A DNA stretch of 59,346 nt from Octopus bimaculoides (GCF_001194135.2 NC_068984.1:119546954-119606299), one strand, 5' to 3'. Shown: positions 22,412-36,473, counted from the first letter of the stretch. Numbers and translations: made by a program. Notes: generated by a model not told the origin, from the sequence alone.

Positions 22412-23054
22412 GTCTACAAGACAACACATGAACACACACACGAGCTTATTCAAAGCATTGTTCAGTTGGGGGTAGTAACAGAAGATAAGTATTAAACAGT
22501 GGCACTGAACCCAAAACTATTGTGTGTAGTGTGTGCGCGTGCGCATTTGATAAATTTAACAACACTCTTGCTTGAAAATTCTGATATAAGAGTTTATTAG
22601 TTTCTGATTTTGTCAGTTTGGGACTACAAAGAAAGATGTGTTGTTTAAACTTAAAGAAAAATAGCAAATAACTGTTTTTAATATGATTATTTGGAAATTT
22701 AGTAGTTACTAATACAGACCATCATTATCATTTTAACATTCACTTTGCCATGTATGTGTCGGATGAATTTGTTGAGGTGGATTCTCTATGGCTGGATGCT
22801 CTTCCTGTATTCAACCATCACCTATTTCCAAGTAAGGTAATATTTCCCCATGACCAGACATATACAGAAGATTGGAAGCAAAGGAGATTGCTTGCATGGC
22901 ACAACTTACCACACAGCCTTGCCTGATCAATGTCACATTGTATTTTTCATATTTTAAAGGCAAGGTCTGTGTTGCTATTTCTTTGCAATTTTAAGCAACC
23001 CTTTATTTTATGTGACCCTTTGTCATTTAGATAACTTTGTCAAATGTACATCAT

Positions 23055-23224
23055 TTTGAATTAATCTTGGATTATCTTGTACCTTTGACATTTTGATGAT
23101 ATGATTATATATTTTTAGAATGATATTGTAAGATGGGTATGAGAAGCTAGATCTGACCAGTTTGGACATAAAACTGGTGGAATATTTGAGCTGGATAAGG
23201 CCAGTTTAAACGCCAGAGGGTTAA
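23055..23224 (+). mobile_element. piggyBac-like MITE family A, partial
   Basis: Body match to 43569-43795; ends gagggTTAA. Confidence 0.7.
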
Positions 23225-24519
23225 AACAAGGCTCTTGTTTAAATGCCAAGTGGGATAGTTTATTTCACTGCATTTAATTTTTTATATGGCTTAAAATCAA
23301 ACATATTAAAATCATTGATTCACATGATGGTTTTAGATTTGTGTTTCAATACAATAGTGAAATTGTTGATAAATTTTATTACTTGTTTCACTCCAGGAGC
23401 ATTTTGGACACAGATATTCTCTCTTCTTTTTGAGGTGTAATATTCCATGTGTTACAACTTTAATCAGGGAAGGTTTAATTGTAGAGCCGATCAATATCAA
23501 AAAGATATATTCCCATTGATAGGTTAGTCTTTAAGATCTCATTGAAAAGGTTATTATCTTTGATAAAACATTCCTCAGGGCTTTTGACTTGACACTGACT
23601 CCAAGTTAATAAATATTAATTCTACTTATTGCTCCTTTTATTCTTCACTGTGTGGTATACATCAATGTGGTAGTAACTTATCATCATTGAATGTCTGCTT
23701 TCCATGCTGGCATGGGTTGGATGGCCTGGCAAGGCCAGTTCCATAGTGTTTGTATTGGCTTTGTTTCTATGGCTAGGTGCCCTTCCTAATGCCAACCACT
23801 TTATAGAATGTATTAGGTATTTTTTATGTGACACCAGCACCCATAACAATGCTTTTTATGTGGCACCTTGGTTTTAGGATCTCAATTCTGTTGTGGTGGG
23901 TGGGTCTTCTTGAGTACAGCATACAACACAATTTCAGTGATGGAGGTGTTTGTTTTCAAAGATAATTATGAGCACTACATATCATCTCTATAGATTTAAG
24001 GCTTTAGAATTTTGCAAAGTCATCCTTTTGTCACTTGGATGGACAGTCATTTAATTCACCAAGCATGAAAGAGGAGAACTTAGTATGAATGACTTTGGAG
24101 TAGCTTTTATAGTAGACTAGACTAGATTATGAAGTAAGTAGAGAGAGTCACTGCTGATGTGTGTTGTCTAGACATGTGAAAACGTTCATTGATTAGTTTT
24201 AATGATTATAAAACATCCAACTACNNNNNNNNNNNNNNNNNNNNNNNNNNNNNNNNNNNNNNNNNNNNNNNNNNNNNNNNNNNNNNNNNNNNNNNNNNNN
24301 NNNNNNNNNNNNNNNNNNNNNNNNNNNNNACATGTGAAAACGTTCATTGATTAGTTTTAATGATTATAAAACATCCAACTACTACAGGTCTGAAGTTAAT
24401 GTTTAGTTCTTTTGGAGGGGTAATTGTATAGTTATCATTTTGATTTGTGTAAAGGGAATCAGAAGATTTATTCTGGGAAATTTTTAAATGGCATATGGGA
24501 CACACTTGCATACAGTACC

Positions 24520-24750
24520 TTTTAAACCTTTAGCATTTAAACCAGCCATATCCTGCCCAAATATTCTACCTGTTGTATGTTCAAACTGGCCAGATCCAGC
24601 CTCTCACATTCACCCTGGCAATGTCATTCTAAAAATTGACGACCACTTCATCAAAATCTTGAAGCTATGAGTTAATGCATGATTAATTCAAAATAATGTG
24701 AATAAATAGGCATTACATTTGACAGAGTAACCTGAATGCTTAAGAATTAA
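24520..24750 (-). mobile_element. piggyBac-like MITE family A
   Basis: Reverse-orientation copy. Confidence 0.75.
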
Positions 24751-25849
24751 ACTAGTGTTGATCATAGTAGAATTGTAGTAATTCTAAGATAATGTATAAT
24801 TTTTTTTTTAATGTCCCACATTACAGCTGAAATGGTGGAGCATGATTCACTCTCCCCACCTTTTTTTTAATTTCGTTATTTAGTATTGTTTTACGTGAAA
24901 GTGATAAACCTTGGGTAATGAAATCTGCTTAAAGAAACCAAGGAGATAATGCTACAAATTTTTATAGCACCAATAATGATACCAACTGCTTTTTGATGGG
25001 ATTCCTTTTTAATGGCCAAAAGGATACTTTCTGTTTCATGTATCTCTCTTTATAACAAAAGCAATAAAAGCCTTTCAATAAGAATGCAGCTTTTACATTC
25101 AACTACTACCTTTTCTCTATTTGGAGTTTCTCATTAATAGGGAATCAAATCTATAATCTCACCTTGATGATAGCTAGTGATTTTGATAGTCACATCGTGA
25201 AACTCCATTTTGAGTTGGTATGCTGGTGTACAAGAAACATGTGACCATGTACAAGCAGGCAATAGGAAACATATTTGTTTGCTAAAAGTGGTAAATGTAT
25301 TCCATTACTTTGAGGACCTTATTAATGATGGAAGTGGTAGTATAAGACCTAGAGTATCAAAGAGGTGAATGAAGTGTTGTTTATTTTGGCAATAAACGTT
25401 TTCTTTTTCTTTCCTTTTATGTTGAAAGCTGTGATACTGCATATTAATGAGGCAAGGTCACTGAATGAGGAAGGTTTGTGGAGATCGGATAGAAATTAGT
25501 TAAATATGATCTCATTAGGTATGTACTGGTAATTTATATGAAAGGCTGAGAGCATCAACAAGTCAAGAACATGTTTGCAGACAAAATGACTGCCTGTAAG
25601 GCAATATGATCTCAATGTATAATGAATGCTGGGTGAAAATGTGCCATGTAATAAAAAGACTTGAGAAGTATGAAGTTGATCTTAATATGTCGAAGCTCAC
25701 AGGTGAAATAATGAATGATTAACAAGCTTAATATACTGTACAGTAGATCCAAGCAACTCAAACCAGTGTAACAAAAATATATATGATAATGATGGTAATA
25801 GATACTGTGAAAGGGTGGTTTTGGTGGTTACATCAAACCAAAATAGCCA

Positions 25850-26050
25850 TCTATCCATCTTATTTGCCCACTATTCATGGGATATCTTGTCATTGGGATG
25901 GAGTCCTCAAGCATCTCCTCCATAGGGTCCTCCCAGAAACATCCATTGTTAGACTTTCTGGCTGGATTCCCAAGTGTGACCCAGTGAGATCGTGTTTTTG
26001 GCTTACCCCTAGGTCTCCTGCCAGTTGGCTTGAAGGATCCATCTTACAAT
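25850..26050 (-). mobile_element. Degraded LINE C-terminal fragment
   Basis: Minus strand reads PTGRRPRGKPKT ... SGRTLWRR, resembling the RTE C-terminal GxRxRGRP...DRxxWR motif. Confidence 0.45.
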
Positions 26051-27439
26051 TCTTTCTTGCAATATAAAAAGAGTGAACCCAAACTGCAAATGTTGGAATA
26101 GATTTTATTTTTTCTGAATGAAAATTGTAGTTCAAATGAGTCATCAACACACACATGATAATTTAAGAGCATGTAATAGACAACCAAAGCAATGTATGTC
26201 AGTAACATAGACAAATATCTGTCTTCCTTACAGGTTTTGCATGTTACTGGTGAAATTACAATTATTTTTGATAGCAATTGACTTAGTTAATATTTCTGTA
26301 ACATTTATATATGTTATTGATATGTATCAGACTTCACTAGGCTAGTATTTTAGTCGCAGTCACTTGTCTTTGTTTTAAGCATTTTGTCTTCAAATTTGTC
26401 ACTAAAACCTATTATTTTGATATGAAAGATAATAATATGTGAGAGAAATTAACATTTTCATTTTCATGGCTAAGGGACAATGACCTCATACAAAATCTCC
26501 ATTCTTTGCCATACACAGGTCTTCTGCCCCCCCCCCCCCCAAGGATCTTCTCTATTCACTCCAACTTCACTGCAACTTCATCTTTGTTACTTGTGAGCCC
26601 ATCCCTTGAGAATGTGGGCACAGAAGTCATGGGCCCTGATAATGTGGCCAAAATATTACAGTTTCCATTGTGATATTGTCATCAGAGTTTGGTTTACTCC
26701 CATCTCCTCCAGAACTGAATTGCTCATTGTACAGGCCATCCAACTGATCCCTTTTGCTTGTCTGTAGATCAGGGTTCTTAGAAGTTTCTGCTTGGTACTT
26801 TTGCTGACTCAATACAGTCTCTCCATATTGTATTGAGTGACCTTGGGGTTGATCTTTCTGTGCCAAATTTTGCTCTGATTTCCTGATTACAGACTGGTTG
26901 TTAACAGTGGAGCTCAGCTATTTGAATCATCACCATTTTGATGGTCACATTGTGAAACTCCATTTTGAGTTGGTGTGCTGGTGTACAAGAAACATGTGAC
27001 CATGTACAAGCAGGCAGTAGGAAACATATGGTTCCTGCTGTCGATTGCTCTGGTTCCCTAGCAGCTGCTATGAAGAAAATTTAACTGCTATTTTTAGCTT
27101 ATTGAGTAACTGTCTCAAGGCTTGCTCGTTGACTCATCAATAAGTATAGAACTGCACTGATGCAACTGTATACAGTTTGTACTTACAAACACTTCTAAGA
27201 GTTGCAACAGTTCATTCTATCAACACCATCCATCACTAAATTTGAAGCCTGCCTTAGAAGAATTCATATTGATAAATATTTCTTAGAAGAGTTCATATTG
27301 ATAAATATTTCTTACAAGATAATGCAAGATGCCACAAACTTCTCAATTTTGTTCCTGAAATTGAGGTTCTTGACTTTGCTGTTTTTTTCTTCTTTTTTTT
27401 TTCTTAGATGCTGTTTTACAGCAACTTAAAGAGTGCTGT

Positions 27440-28375
27440 CAGTAAGGTGAGAGTTAGCAACAAATTTAGTGTGCAGATAGTTCACCATGGTTTGACTCTC
27501 AGTCCTCTAGGCTATAATAGAGGAATCTAAGGCTCGTTGTCCATGGAGACTATGCCAATGACTTTGTTCTTATAACTGAAGCTTTAAGTGTGGAAGCAAA
27601 ACCTGGAATTTTTGCTTAAATTCATTAAAGTTAGCTTAGCAAAGATCTTGCAAAAACTTACAAAAAACATTAAAGTTAACTTAGCAAAGATCAAAGTTCT
27701 CTCCTTTTACAAAAAATGGCCCTGGTTGCTATGTAGAAAACGTATAGGTAGACATTTCCTATGGTATACCCAGTGCAAACTATGGACACATAAGAGGTAC
27801 CATTGGAATCACAGGAAGGTTAGCAGAGAAAGCAGACTTTGCATGTAGCAAATGCATAGGATGAATAAACACCAAGAACACATGAGAAATAGATTTTCTT
27901 GAATGTCTTAGAGCAGGGGTTTTCAAACTTTTTTGACTTGCGGACCCCTTTATATTTCAGGCTTTACCTTATAAACGCTTATGAAATTTATACATAAATA
28001 TTTGCTTAAAATAGCATATATTTTTACATTTATTTATTTAACAGTATTTAACAAATAGGTTTATTGTCAATTAAAAGATTTCGATTAAAAAACATAAAAT
28101 CAAATTGCCCTGTCCACGGACCCCCTGTCTTGTCCTTGCGGACCCCCTGTGGTCCTCGGACCACAGTTTGAAAACCCCTGTCTTAGAGGACTCTGAGAGG
28201 TAGTTGATAGTTTCTGTTGCCCAGATGATCTAATTAGCAGTGAAGGAGGATGTTCTAAAAGTTTTAGTTACTAGTATAAGAACTGGTTGGAGAAAGTTCA
28301 GTGTGCTATTACCTCTGTTGGTAACAAAAGGTCTCCCTCTCAAAGTGAAAGGCAGATCATATGATACTCCTAAAC
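27440..28375 (+). mobile_element. Degraded RTE LINE fragment interrupted by a hAT MITE
   Basis: WKQNL...VNLAK...CKLWTHK and KFSVLLPLLVTKGLPLKVKGRSYD match the other RTE copies. Confidence 0.85.
27914..28180 (+). mobile_element. Complete hAT-type MITE (267 bp)
   Basis: 15-bp TIRs CAGGGGTTTTCAAAC / GTTTGAAAACCCCTG; perfect 8-bp target-site duplication TCTTAGAG at 27906-27913 and 28181-28188. Confidence 0.95.
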
Positions 28376-29100
28376 AAACAGCAATACTACATCCTTTCGT
28401 ATATGTCATCAATGCTCCTCTGCCTTTGTCCATCATTCACTGTATCCATACCTCTGACTGCATCTCTGTCAATATGTGGTCCTCTTTCTTCTTCCACACT
28501 CACATCATCTCCTTTTTCATTTATCTATGGGTTTTAAACTGCTTTTTGTACAGCCAGTTATCATCTCCTCCCTGATCTACTCCTATTTCTTTCATCTCCC
28601 CCCCCCCTTAAACTGATACTTACCATTAATCACATCACCACCCTTGTTCACTGTTCCCTGCATTCACCTCTTATCCTCATCTTTAACCATGTCACTCTCC
28701 TTTTACACTCTTCTCAATCCTCTGTCCATATTCTTATATTCATCTTGTACCTTGAAGGATAGCAGATATGAGTGGGTGTGAAGGATGAGAGTATGCCCTG
28801 ATACCTTGTCACTACCATCTTTTATCCCTCTTTCCAGCTGGCGTATCCATGTTTCTCATTTAGAGCAAGCCACTAGTTTCTCTATTGTACTTTAGCCTCC
28901 TAACACTTAGCATAAAGCCACTTCTCTCTCTCTACTTCACTCTCAATCATTTGCGGTGTAGAGGGGGGGGGGCTTGTGAGTTACTAGTGGCCTTACTAAT
29001 ACCAGTACACTTTGTAAAGTGGTTGGTGTTAGGAAACACATCTAGCCATAGAAACCATGCCACATATCATGTAGACATTCTCTTGTTTTCTGCATATGTA

Positions 29101-29139
<39 letters not shown>

Positions 29140-30397
29140 CAAATGATATGTGAGCATATGCATATATATGTACATACCTACATCTACATGTATATATAGA
29201 TGCATATCCGGGTACAGGACGTCAAAAAAACGTGGAGAAAAAAAGGAATGGGAACATAAACAAAGCACAAAAAAACGAACTCTTTTTGCGGACAACAGAA
29301 TGAACACATAGGAAAACAGACAAGCCACATATGGAACTTTTCCTTCATCAGCTGCCTCAATTCTAAACTAGGCACACGAGATCGTTGGTTATGGTTTGAG
29401 GGATACATAGCAGTTATTTCTATCAGATTTAGCTTCCTGATACAATGCTGTCCTTAATTATTCATTCCTATGAAGGGTCTACAAGCCATGGCTATCTTTT
29501 TCTTTCTTGCAGGAATAAATTATTAAATTACAGTTCACTGTGAACCATCAGTAGAATTGTGTAATACTCCCACCACTATAATATGTGTGTGTGTGTGTGT
29601 GTGTAGAAATGAAACAAATTTTTGAAAACTTTTTGTGAGTACTATCGCAATGCTCTAATTTAAAACGTAAATCAGAAAAATATTTTTGTACTAAATGTCA
29701 AAAATGAGAAGATTATGACTGGTTAGGTGCCTTGAAAATGAGAAAGAAGGTGGGGGAAAATCGAACTTTTGAAAAATTAGTGTTGCAGGTTTGTTATCTC
29801 CTGTGTTTAAAAGATAATTTTGAAAAATGTTTGGGAAACGAGTCAAAAGAAGTCACCCCATGCTATGGGGTGAGGTTGCATTTCACACAACTCTACTGTA
29901 CTACATGGTTTGTTTTTGTTCTTTCTTCTTTGTCCATATGTCATGGCATAGTGTGTTTTTTTTCCTGTTTGACAACTTCATGACAGTGCAATAAAATTTC
30001 TTATAATGATCACTTTCTTATCTTTTTTCCTGCTTTCCACGGTTACAAATACCAGCTAATGTTGACTCTTTAAATGGCTGGAATTGAGGCAAAAATGTGA
30101 GAAGCTGAAACTCAGAACTGTTTTAACCTGTGTCACTCTATGACCATAGACTGACCTTTTTGAGGTCTTAAGAAACTTAAAAAAAGATTAGAGAAAAAAG
30201 TGAAGAAAGCAAGATGCAACCAGAAACAGCCACACTCTTTGCTGACTCTTTTGTGTCATCCTTGTTCCCACCTGTTTCACACAATGATTATTCTTCTCAG
30301 TCATCAACACCATCAACATGGAGGAATCAGTCAAGAGAAAAACTGAAATTCTCAAATATAAGAAATGATCACCACTGATACACACCCTCATACACAC

Positions 30398-30600
30398 ATG
30401 GCTGTGTAATTTAGAAGTTCATTTCACAACTATGTGGTTTCAGGTTCAGTCCCTCTACAGGGCACTCTGGGCAAATGTCTTCAAATTAGCTCTGGGTTGA
30501 TCGGTACCTTTGGAATGAATTTCGTTGGTAGAAACTAAATAAAAGCCTGTTGAATACATATATGTATATACACACATATATATGTGTGTGTGTGAATATT
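30398..30600 (+). mobile_element. tRNA-SINE family 1, 5' half
   Basis: Head catggctgtgtaatttagaag...ggttcagtccc. Confidence 0.75.
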
Positions 30601-30883
30601 AATATTTCATAGTTTTGTTGTCGTCTCAGCAAAATGGTGATAGGTTTACTTTCGTTGTTAACATTATGACCAGTCACTATGCTTATGAAGACCTGTAGAG
30701 TAAAGATAATCTCTTATTTGAAAAGCTGTTGTGGGTTGGTGATAAGAAGAGCTTCTGGTTGTAAAATCATAACTCATATAGATCCCCATCCAACTAATAT
30801 GGAGAAAATAGACATTGAAAGAACAGATGAATGAATCTCATCTCACTCTCATATTTCCCTAGGATTTGTTATATACCTCTCTC

Positions 30884-30888
<5 letters not shown>

Positions 30889-30930
<42 letters not shown>
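30889..30930. repeat. (TA)n microsatellite
   Basis: Uninterrupted TA run. Confidence 0.98.
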
Positions 30931-30938
<8 letters not shown>

Positions 30939-33114
30939 GCAGATCTGGTGAAGTGCCATTCTAATGTCTATAATTGCAAGCATTACATAAATTCAAATTT
31001 TGTGTAAACTGGCAAGTAGAGTTAGTACAGAAACAATTGTAACAAATCATTAAAGATGTGCTAAAGTATTTCTTTGTCTTATTATTTAGATTATATATAT
31101 ATATATATATATATAAAGCTCTCATTATTTATATGACCACTTTTTTTTCCCAGTGAGAGATAATGGAAGTTTGAAAAGAGAGATTCGTTAAGTGAGAGTG
31201 AGTCGCATACTAGCAGATAAGAAGAAATGAATGTGGATGACTTGAAGAGAGAAACTGAAATTATTAAAGAGGGACTGAAGTAGGAGGAAAACAGTTTGAC
31301 CTTACACAAAGTTAATGTATTGTGATAGCATGTTTTAGAATGAAGAGCATTTTAGTTTGTTTGAAGCATTGTCATACAGAAGTTCAATAACAAATAATGA
31401 AGAGGAGCTTCTAACAATGCAGAAAGGGCAGGTTGAGTGACCTTTACATATTTCGGGCACAAAGGCTCACCATCAGAAGTGAGTAGTTTAGAAATGTAAG
31501 TTTATGTAGATCCTGCCATTTTGACTGCTGAACAGGAAGTGACCCTGCTTTCTCCAGCAAATCTGATAGCAGCAGTTCCTCAAAATTGGCTATTGGTTGT
31601 AGAGGTTATAGTGGAGGTGGTGGTGGATGACTAGCTGTAGGTTAGCAGCAGTTTTAGTGAAGATAACTGTCTACTTTGGTATTGGTGGTGGCAGTAGTCA
31701 ATGATGATGTTGGTTGTACATGTGGCTGTAGTTGGTGATAAGGTGTTGCCAGGTAATGGTAGCACTTATTGAATGTTTTTTCACCACCCATTAACACTCC
31801 TTTTCAACTTCCTGTGTTTCTGTTTTCCCTTACTGCTACTCTTTTTCAACTTCCTGTGTTTTTTCTTTGTCCTTTTTCAACATTCTGGAATTTTTCTTCT
31901 CTTTTTTTTTTAACAGGAAAGTGAGATTTGGCTGTTATTTCTCACAATAAGTTCTATACAAAACTTCTCTGTGAGAGTACTTTGAAATATAGTAAAAAGT
32001 TCAACCAAGTATTTTGGAAATTCTCTTATTTCTGTTATTATTATGTTCTACAGGGCAGTCAGCTGGCTGAATCATTAGTATGTTGGACAAAATGCTTAAG
32101 GGCAATTTTCTTCAATGGCTCTTTGTTTTTGAGTTGAGATACTGCTGTGGTCAACTTTGTATACTAACAAGAGTTGGTAAAGTTCTAGTATCAGTCAAGT
32201 ACTGGGGTCAGTGTAATCGACTTACTCCCTCCTCTATAAGATTACTAGACTTGTGCCAAAATTTGAAACCACTATTATTGTGTTCAATTAGCACTATTTT
32301 GATTATCACTACGTTTTCATGGACTGAATTAACTGTGCTAATTGGTATTTTGCTGTACTGTATTGCAATTAGTCTAGCACTTTTCCAATTTTGCTTATGC
32401 TACTTTCTTAAGTATACAAACTCATATTGATTTCTTTTACAGATTTATAGGGAAGAGAATATTAGATTGTGAAGCATTCATTACAATTCTACTCTCCCTC
32501 CAAAAAAAAAAAAAAAAAAAAAAAATTACAATTCTAGTGATGTGGTTTGCATAGCTGTGTTTACACTTTTAAATCAATGACCCTCTGATTTGAATCAGCA
32601 TATCCCTAATAAAAATTATTGCTTTTAATTTCTGATCTGTACTCAGCTCTTATAAAAAGTGTCAATGGATTTGTTAGTCTTTTGGAATGTAATTCATGTC
32701 TATGAAGTATGGAATCCTATTCAGCATTTCTGTATGTAACAGCATATTTGTTGCCATCATTGTTTTAATGTCTTCTGTTTCAAGCTTGCATGGGTCAGAT
32801 GAGAGTACATTTGAGTAGAGTTTTCTATGCTAGGATGCTCTTTCTGATTCCAGCACCCAATAGTTTTTGAGAAAAGTAATAATCTCCCTGTCTATCAAAC
32901 AACAAATGACAATGTTTGAACGATTGCCTTTGGTTTACAAAGATTGTGCAGTGCTAAGAAGCCCATTCATGCTTTTGCAGTAGATTACATGCCAATTTGT
33001 CATCGTTAAAACCAGTGAAGATGAGGGGAAATACAAACTCACTCATGCAAATTACATGCATACATACATGTATGTGTGCATGTAATTTGTGTGTGTAGTT
33101 TGTCTATGTATATT

Positions 33115-33490
33115 CTTTTCTTCTTATACTCGTTTCAGTCATTTGACTGCAGTCATACTGGAGTGTCACTTTGAATTTTTTAGCTGAATGAATCGACTCC
33201 AGTACTTATTTTTTAAGCCTAGTATATATTGTCAGTTACTTTTGCCGAACTGCTAAGTTATGGGGGACATAAACACACCATCACCAGTTGTCAAGCAGTG
33301 ATGGGGAGACAAATACAGACACAAAGACACACACACACACACACACGACTGGCTTCTTTCAGTTTCTATCTACCAGATCCACTCACAAGGCTTTGGTCAG
33401 CCCAAGGCTATAGTAGAAGACACTTGCCTAAGGTGCCACACAGTGGAACTGAACCTGGTACCATGTGATTGGGAAGCAAGCTTCTTACCA
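33115..33490 (-). mobile_element. tRNA-SINE family 1, near full length
   Basis: Both halves with central (CA)n. Confidence 0.88.
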
Positions 33491-33514
33491 TGCATCCATG
33501 CCTGCACGCACACC

Positions 33515-33880
33515 CACACACACAAGATGGCTCCAGAACTTTGCACTTGCATTCCTCATTGTGTCTCTGGGAAGATATTCTAACACCTTGATTTTGGCCA
33601 CCTGTTTAGCCTCGATGTTGCAGGAAGAGCTGTGCAGCCGTAGAAATGCTTTAACAACTACTTCTGACTCTCTCCAAAAGTATGGCACAGAGCTGAATCT
33701 TGCTGTCACATATAGGGCCTTCCAACAGCAACCCTCTCCAGCCAGTGTTTGATCGTAGTCTCCAGCAGCTTCACATTGCTGTCTGAATTGAGGTTAAGGC
33801 TCTGGTCAATAGTATGGGGCAGCATGATGTTACCTTCATTGAAAACACACCCAAGGAGCTTTACAATGTTCACAAAGCAT
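33515..33880 (-). mobile_element. Tc1/mariner transposase relic
   Basis: Minus strand reads GCVFNEGNIMLPH...VKLLETTIKHWLERVAVGRPYM*QQDSALCHT. QQDSAxCHT (33705-33679) corresponds to the second catalytic Asp motif of mariner/maT-type transposases. In-frame stops. Confidence 0.8.
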
Positions 33881-34854
33881 TGATGTCAGCATTATGACAC
33901 CTCATATGAATCATTATGATATAGGTAACTTTTTGCCATTATTCAGATAGCTTCCATTCCTCTATGTCAGCTAACTTTTCCTCAGTTATAACTTCAATTT
34001 TTATGCTCTCCAACACCATTGACTGTCTACCAATAATCAAGCAGTTCCTGAAAAAAGAATACATAAAAAGTCATCAAGTTTAGCCCAAACACCTTGTGTG
34101 TGTATGTACATATGATCTGATATGTAAGTTTTGCTATCATATGCTTTCAGGCCTTGTGAGGTCACCTAGCTTCTGTAAGACCGTAACACATAACCAATGA
34201 TTGTGATTATTGTATCTTAGGTAAGATGAATTCCATGGCTTGCAGCAAGAATTGTTGATAATACTTAGGCTTAAGTGCACAACCTTCTTAGACACTTTTT
34301 AATTCAAATGCATGGTTCATGTCTTCTTTTATTCAGATTTTGGTCAGTTTGCTTTTAATCCAATATCTTCCATAACATACTGAGTTGAAAGCAATTCTAA
34401 TGCTCACAGACAAGGTGACCATCACTCTTCTGAGAGGTGCCTGTGTGTGGAAATTGGCTTAGCACATCTTAGAACATTGCTTTGATTTGATTATTTTGAT
34501 ACTAGTATAAGATTAGATATCTGTAAAGAATGTTTATCTGAAGAAGTATACTTTTTATAAATAAAATAAAGTATTCATGCAGTCAGCTAGAATATCAGTG
34601 AGAATATCTCTAAATAAGTTATTGTACTGTAAACTCATGGCAGTGGATGAGTATCTGACAAGGTAGTTGACCTGCTTAGTTTATACAGAACTCATTTCAC
34701 CTTCCATTCCTCTGCAGTAGTAAATTTTCAGTATTTTTTCTTTCACTATAGTTAGCAGTCAAAATTGTTGTTAAAAAAATATTATTCTATAGAATGTTAG
34801 GAGAAATATGTGGAAAAATCTATTTTACAAACTCTAAGCATGGCTATTAGTGTG

Positions 34855-35035
34855 GGCATAGCTATGTGGTTAAGAAGTTTGCTTTGCTTCCCAACTACAT
34901 GATTTCAAGTTCAGTCCCATTTCATAGCACTTTGGATGTGTGTCTTCTACTATAGCCCTGGATCAACTAGAGTCTTATGAGTGGATTTGTTTGATAGGAA
35001 CTGAAAAGGCTTGCTGTGTATGTATGCATGTGTGT
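34855..35035 (+). mobile_element. tRNA-SINE family 1, 5' half
   Basis: Head gcatagctatgtggttaagaagtttgc...agttcagtccc. Confidence 0.75.
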
Positions 35036-36157
35036 CCTTGCCTTGACATCACATGATGGTTGGAAACAAGTGTTTCCAATCTTTTGTGAAAAACGTTTGG
35101 CTATGGGCAAATATTACCTTGCTTGGAAACAGTTAAAGGTTGACAACAGGAATGACATTCAACTGTAGAAAATCTGCTTCTACAAGTTCTATTTTTCCCA
35201 AGCAAGCATGGAAAAGTGGCTGTTATGATGATGATGTTGGTGAATTGAAATCCACAGCTGGTGAAATAATAAAATAATCTCGGTAGCACAGTGTTTAACC
35301 TCTGGAATGTTGAGCTTGTAGATCACTTTTAAAGTTTTTAATCAACTATTTCTATGTAGTTCTATTTTACTAATCTTCATCATGAGTTATCAAGTATCAA
35401 CATTATTATGTAGATTTTTTTAGAGTTTTGCAAATCTTCTAACAGCTAATGTCTTATAAGGTGTTCTCTGTATTTTTTGATATAATAAAAATAGAATTAA
35501 TTTTAGCAATCTATTGTTGGAAATTGAACATTAAGAAGGTTTTCCCATTAAACTATAATGTCTTTTGTTTCTTGTTTTTGGAGTCCCTCAACAAAGCTTT
35601 AGATAAGGTGAGACCCTGAGTTTCTTATGAATACTCATTGACTAAAATTATTATTAAACGTTAAGCACCTTTAACTAAAGCATCTTTGGATGAATTTAGT
35701 TAAACTTTTTTATTAGTTGTAGCTTATTTTTAAAAATCATTATGATCTGATTGAGAGGTTATTAGTAGGAAGGGTATTCATTTATATGAACCATATGGCC
35801 CAGTGGCAATTTATCAAAAACAGTTGCTAAGAACAAAAAAAAAAAAAAAAGCAAAACAAGACAAAAAAAACAATTGACCCAAGTAACTGTTGCTTAGACT
35901 AACGGTTAATTGAAACAAATATTCAGAATAAAGTAAATTGGTTAAAGGAAGAAAGTTATATTATGCTTTATAAAAATTTGTTTTAATAAAAAATGTGTGT
36001 GAAAAAGCAATTTGTGTGTCTTAATGTGGATATACTAATAGAATTGTACAATATTGTGGTATTTGTTAGAAGGCATCTCATATGGACGTTTAGTTTTAAA
36101 AAAGAAACCCACGGAAGTATCAGTAGCATATGAAAAATGTCCAGCAGTGGTGATGGA

Positions 36158-36473
36158 GTGGAGGTGCAATGGCCCAGTGGTTAGGGCAGCGGACTTGTGG
36201 TCAGAGGATCACGGTTTTGATTCCCAGACTGGGTGTTGTGTGTGTTTGAGTGAAAACACCTAAAAGCTCCACGAGGCTCTGGCAGGGGGTGGTGGCAACC
36301 CCTGTTGTACTCTTTCACCCCAACTTTCTCTCACTCTTTCTTCCTGTTTTTTTGAGTAACGCTGCGATGGACTGGCGTCCCGTCCAGCTGGGGGGAACAC
36401 GTACACCATAGAAACCGTGAAACCAGGCCCATGAGCCTGGCTAGGCTTTAAAAGGGTGCATAAATAATAAAAA
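36158..36473 (+). mobile_element. Full-length tRNA-SINE family 2 with a V-domain-like core
   Basis: A box tggcccagtggtt and B-box-like ggttttgattccc; core gctgcgatggactggcgtcccgtccag (36361-36387); A-rich tail; 10-bp direct repeat TGGTGATGGA at 36148-36157 and 36474-36483. Confidence 0.85.

Noticed and set aside
24172-24382. Exact 53-bp direct repeat flanking a 105-N gap
   Set aside because: Typical unmerged contig overlap; most likely an assembly artefact rather than a duplication.
31795-31865. Short direct repeat ttttcaacttcctgtgttt
   Set aside because: Local slippage duplication in pyrimidine-rich degraded repeat DNA.
36160-36235. tRNA-like sequences here and at the heads of other SINEs
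   Set aside because: They lack a complete cloverleaf and continue into SINE bodies; not functional tRNA genes.
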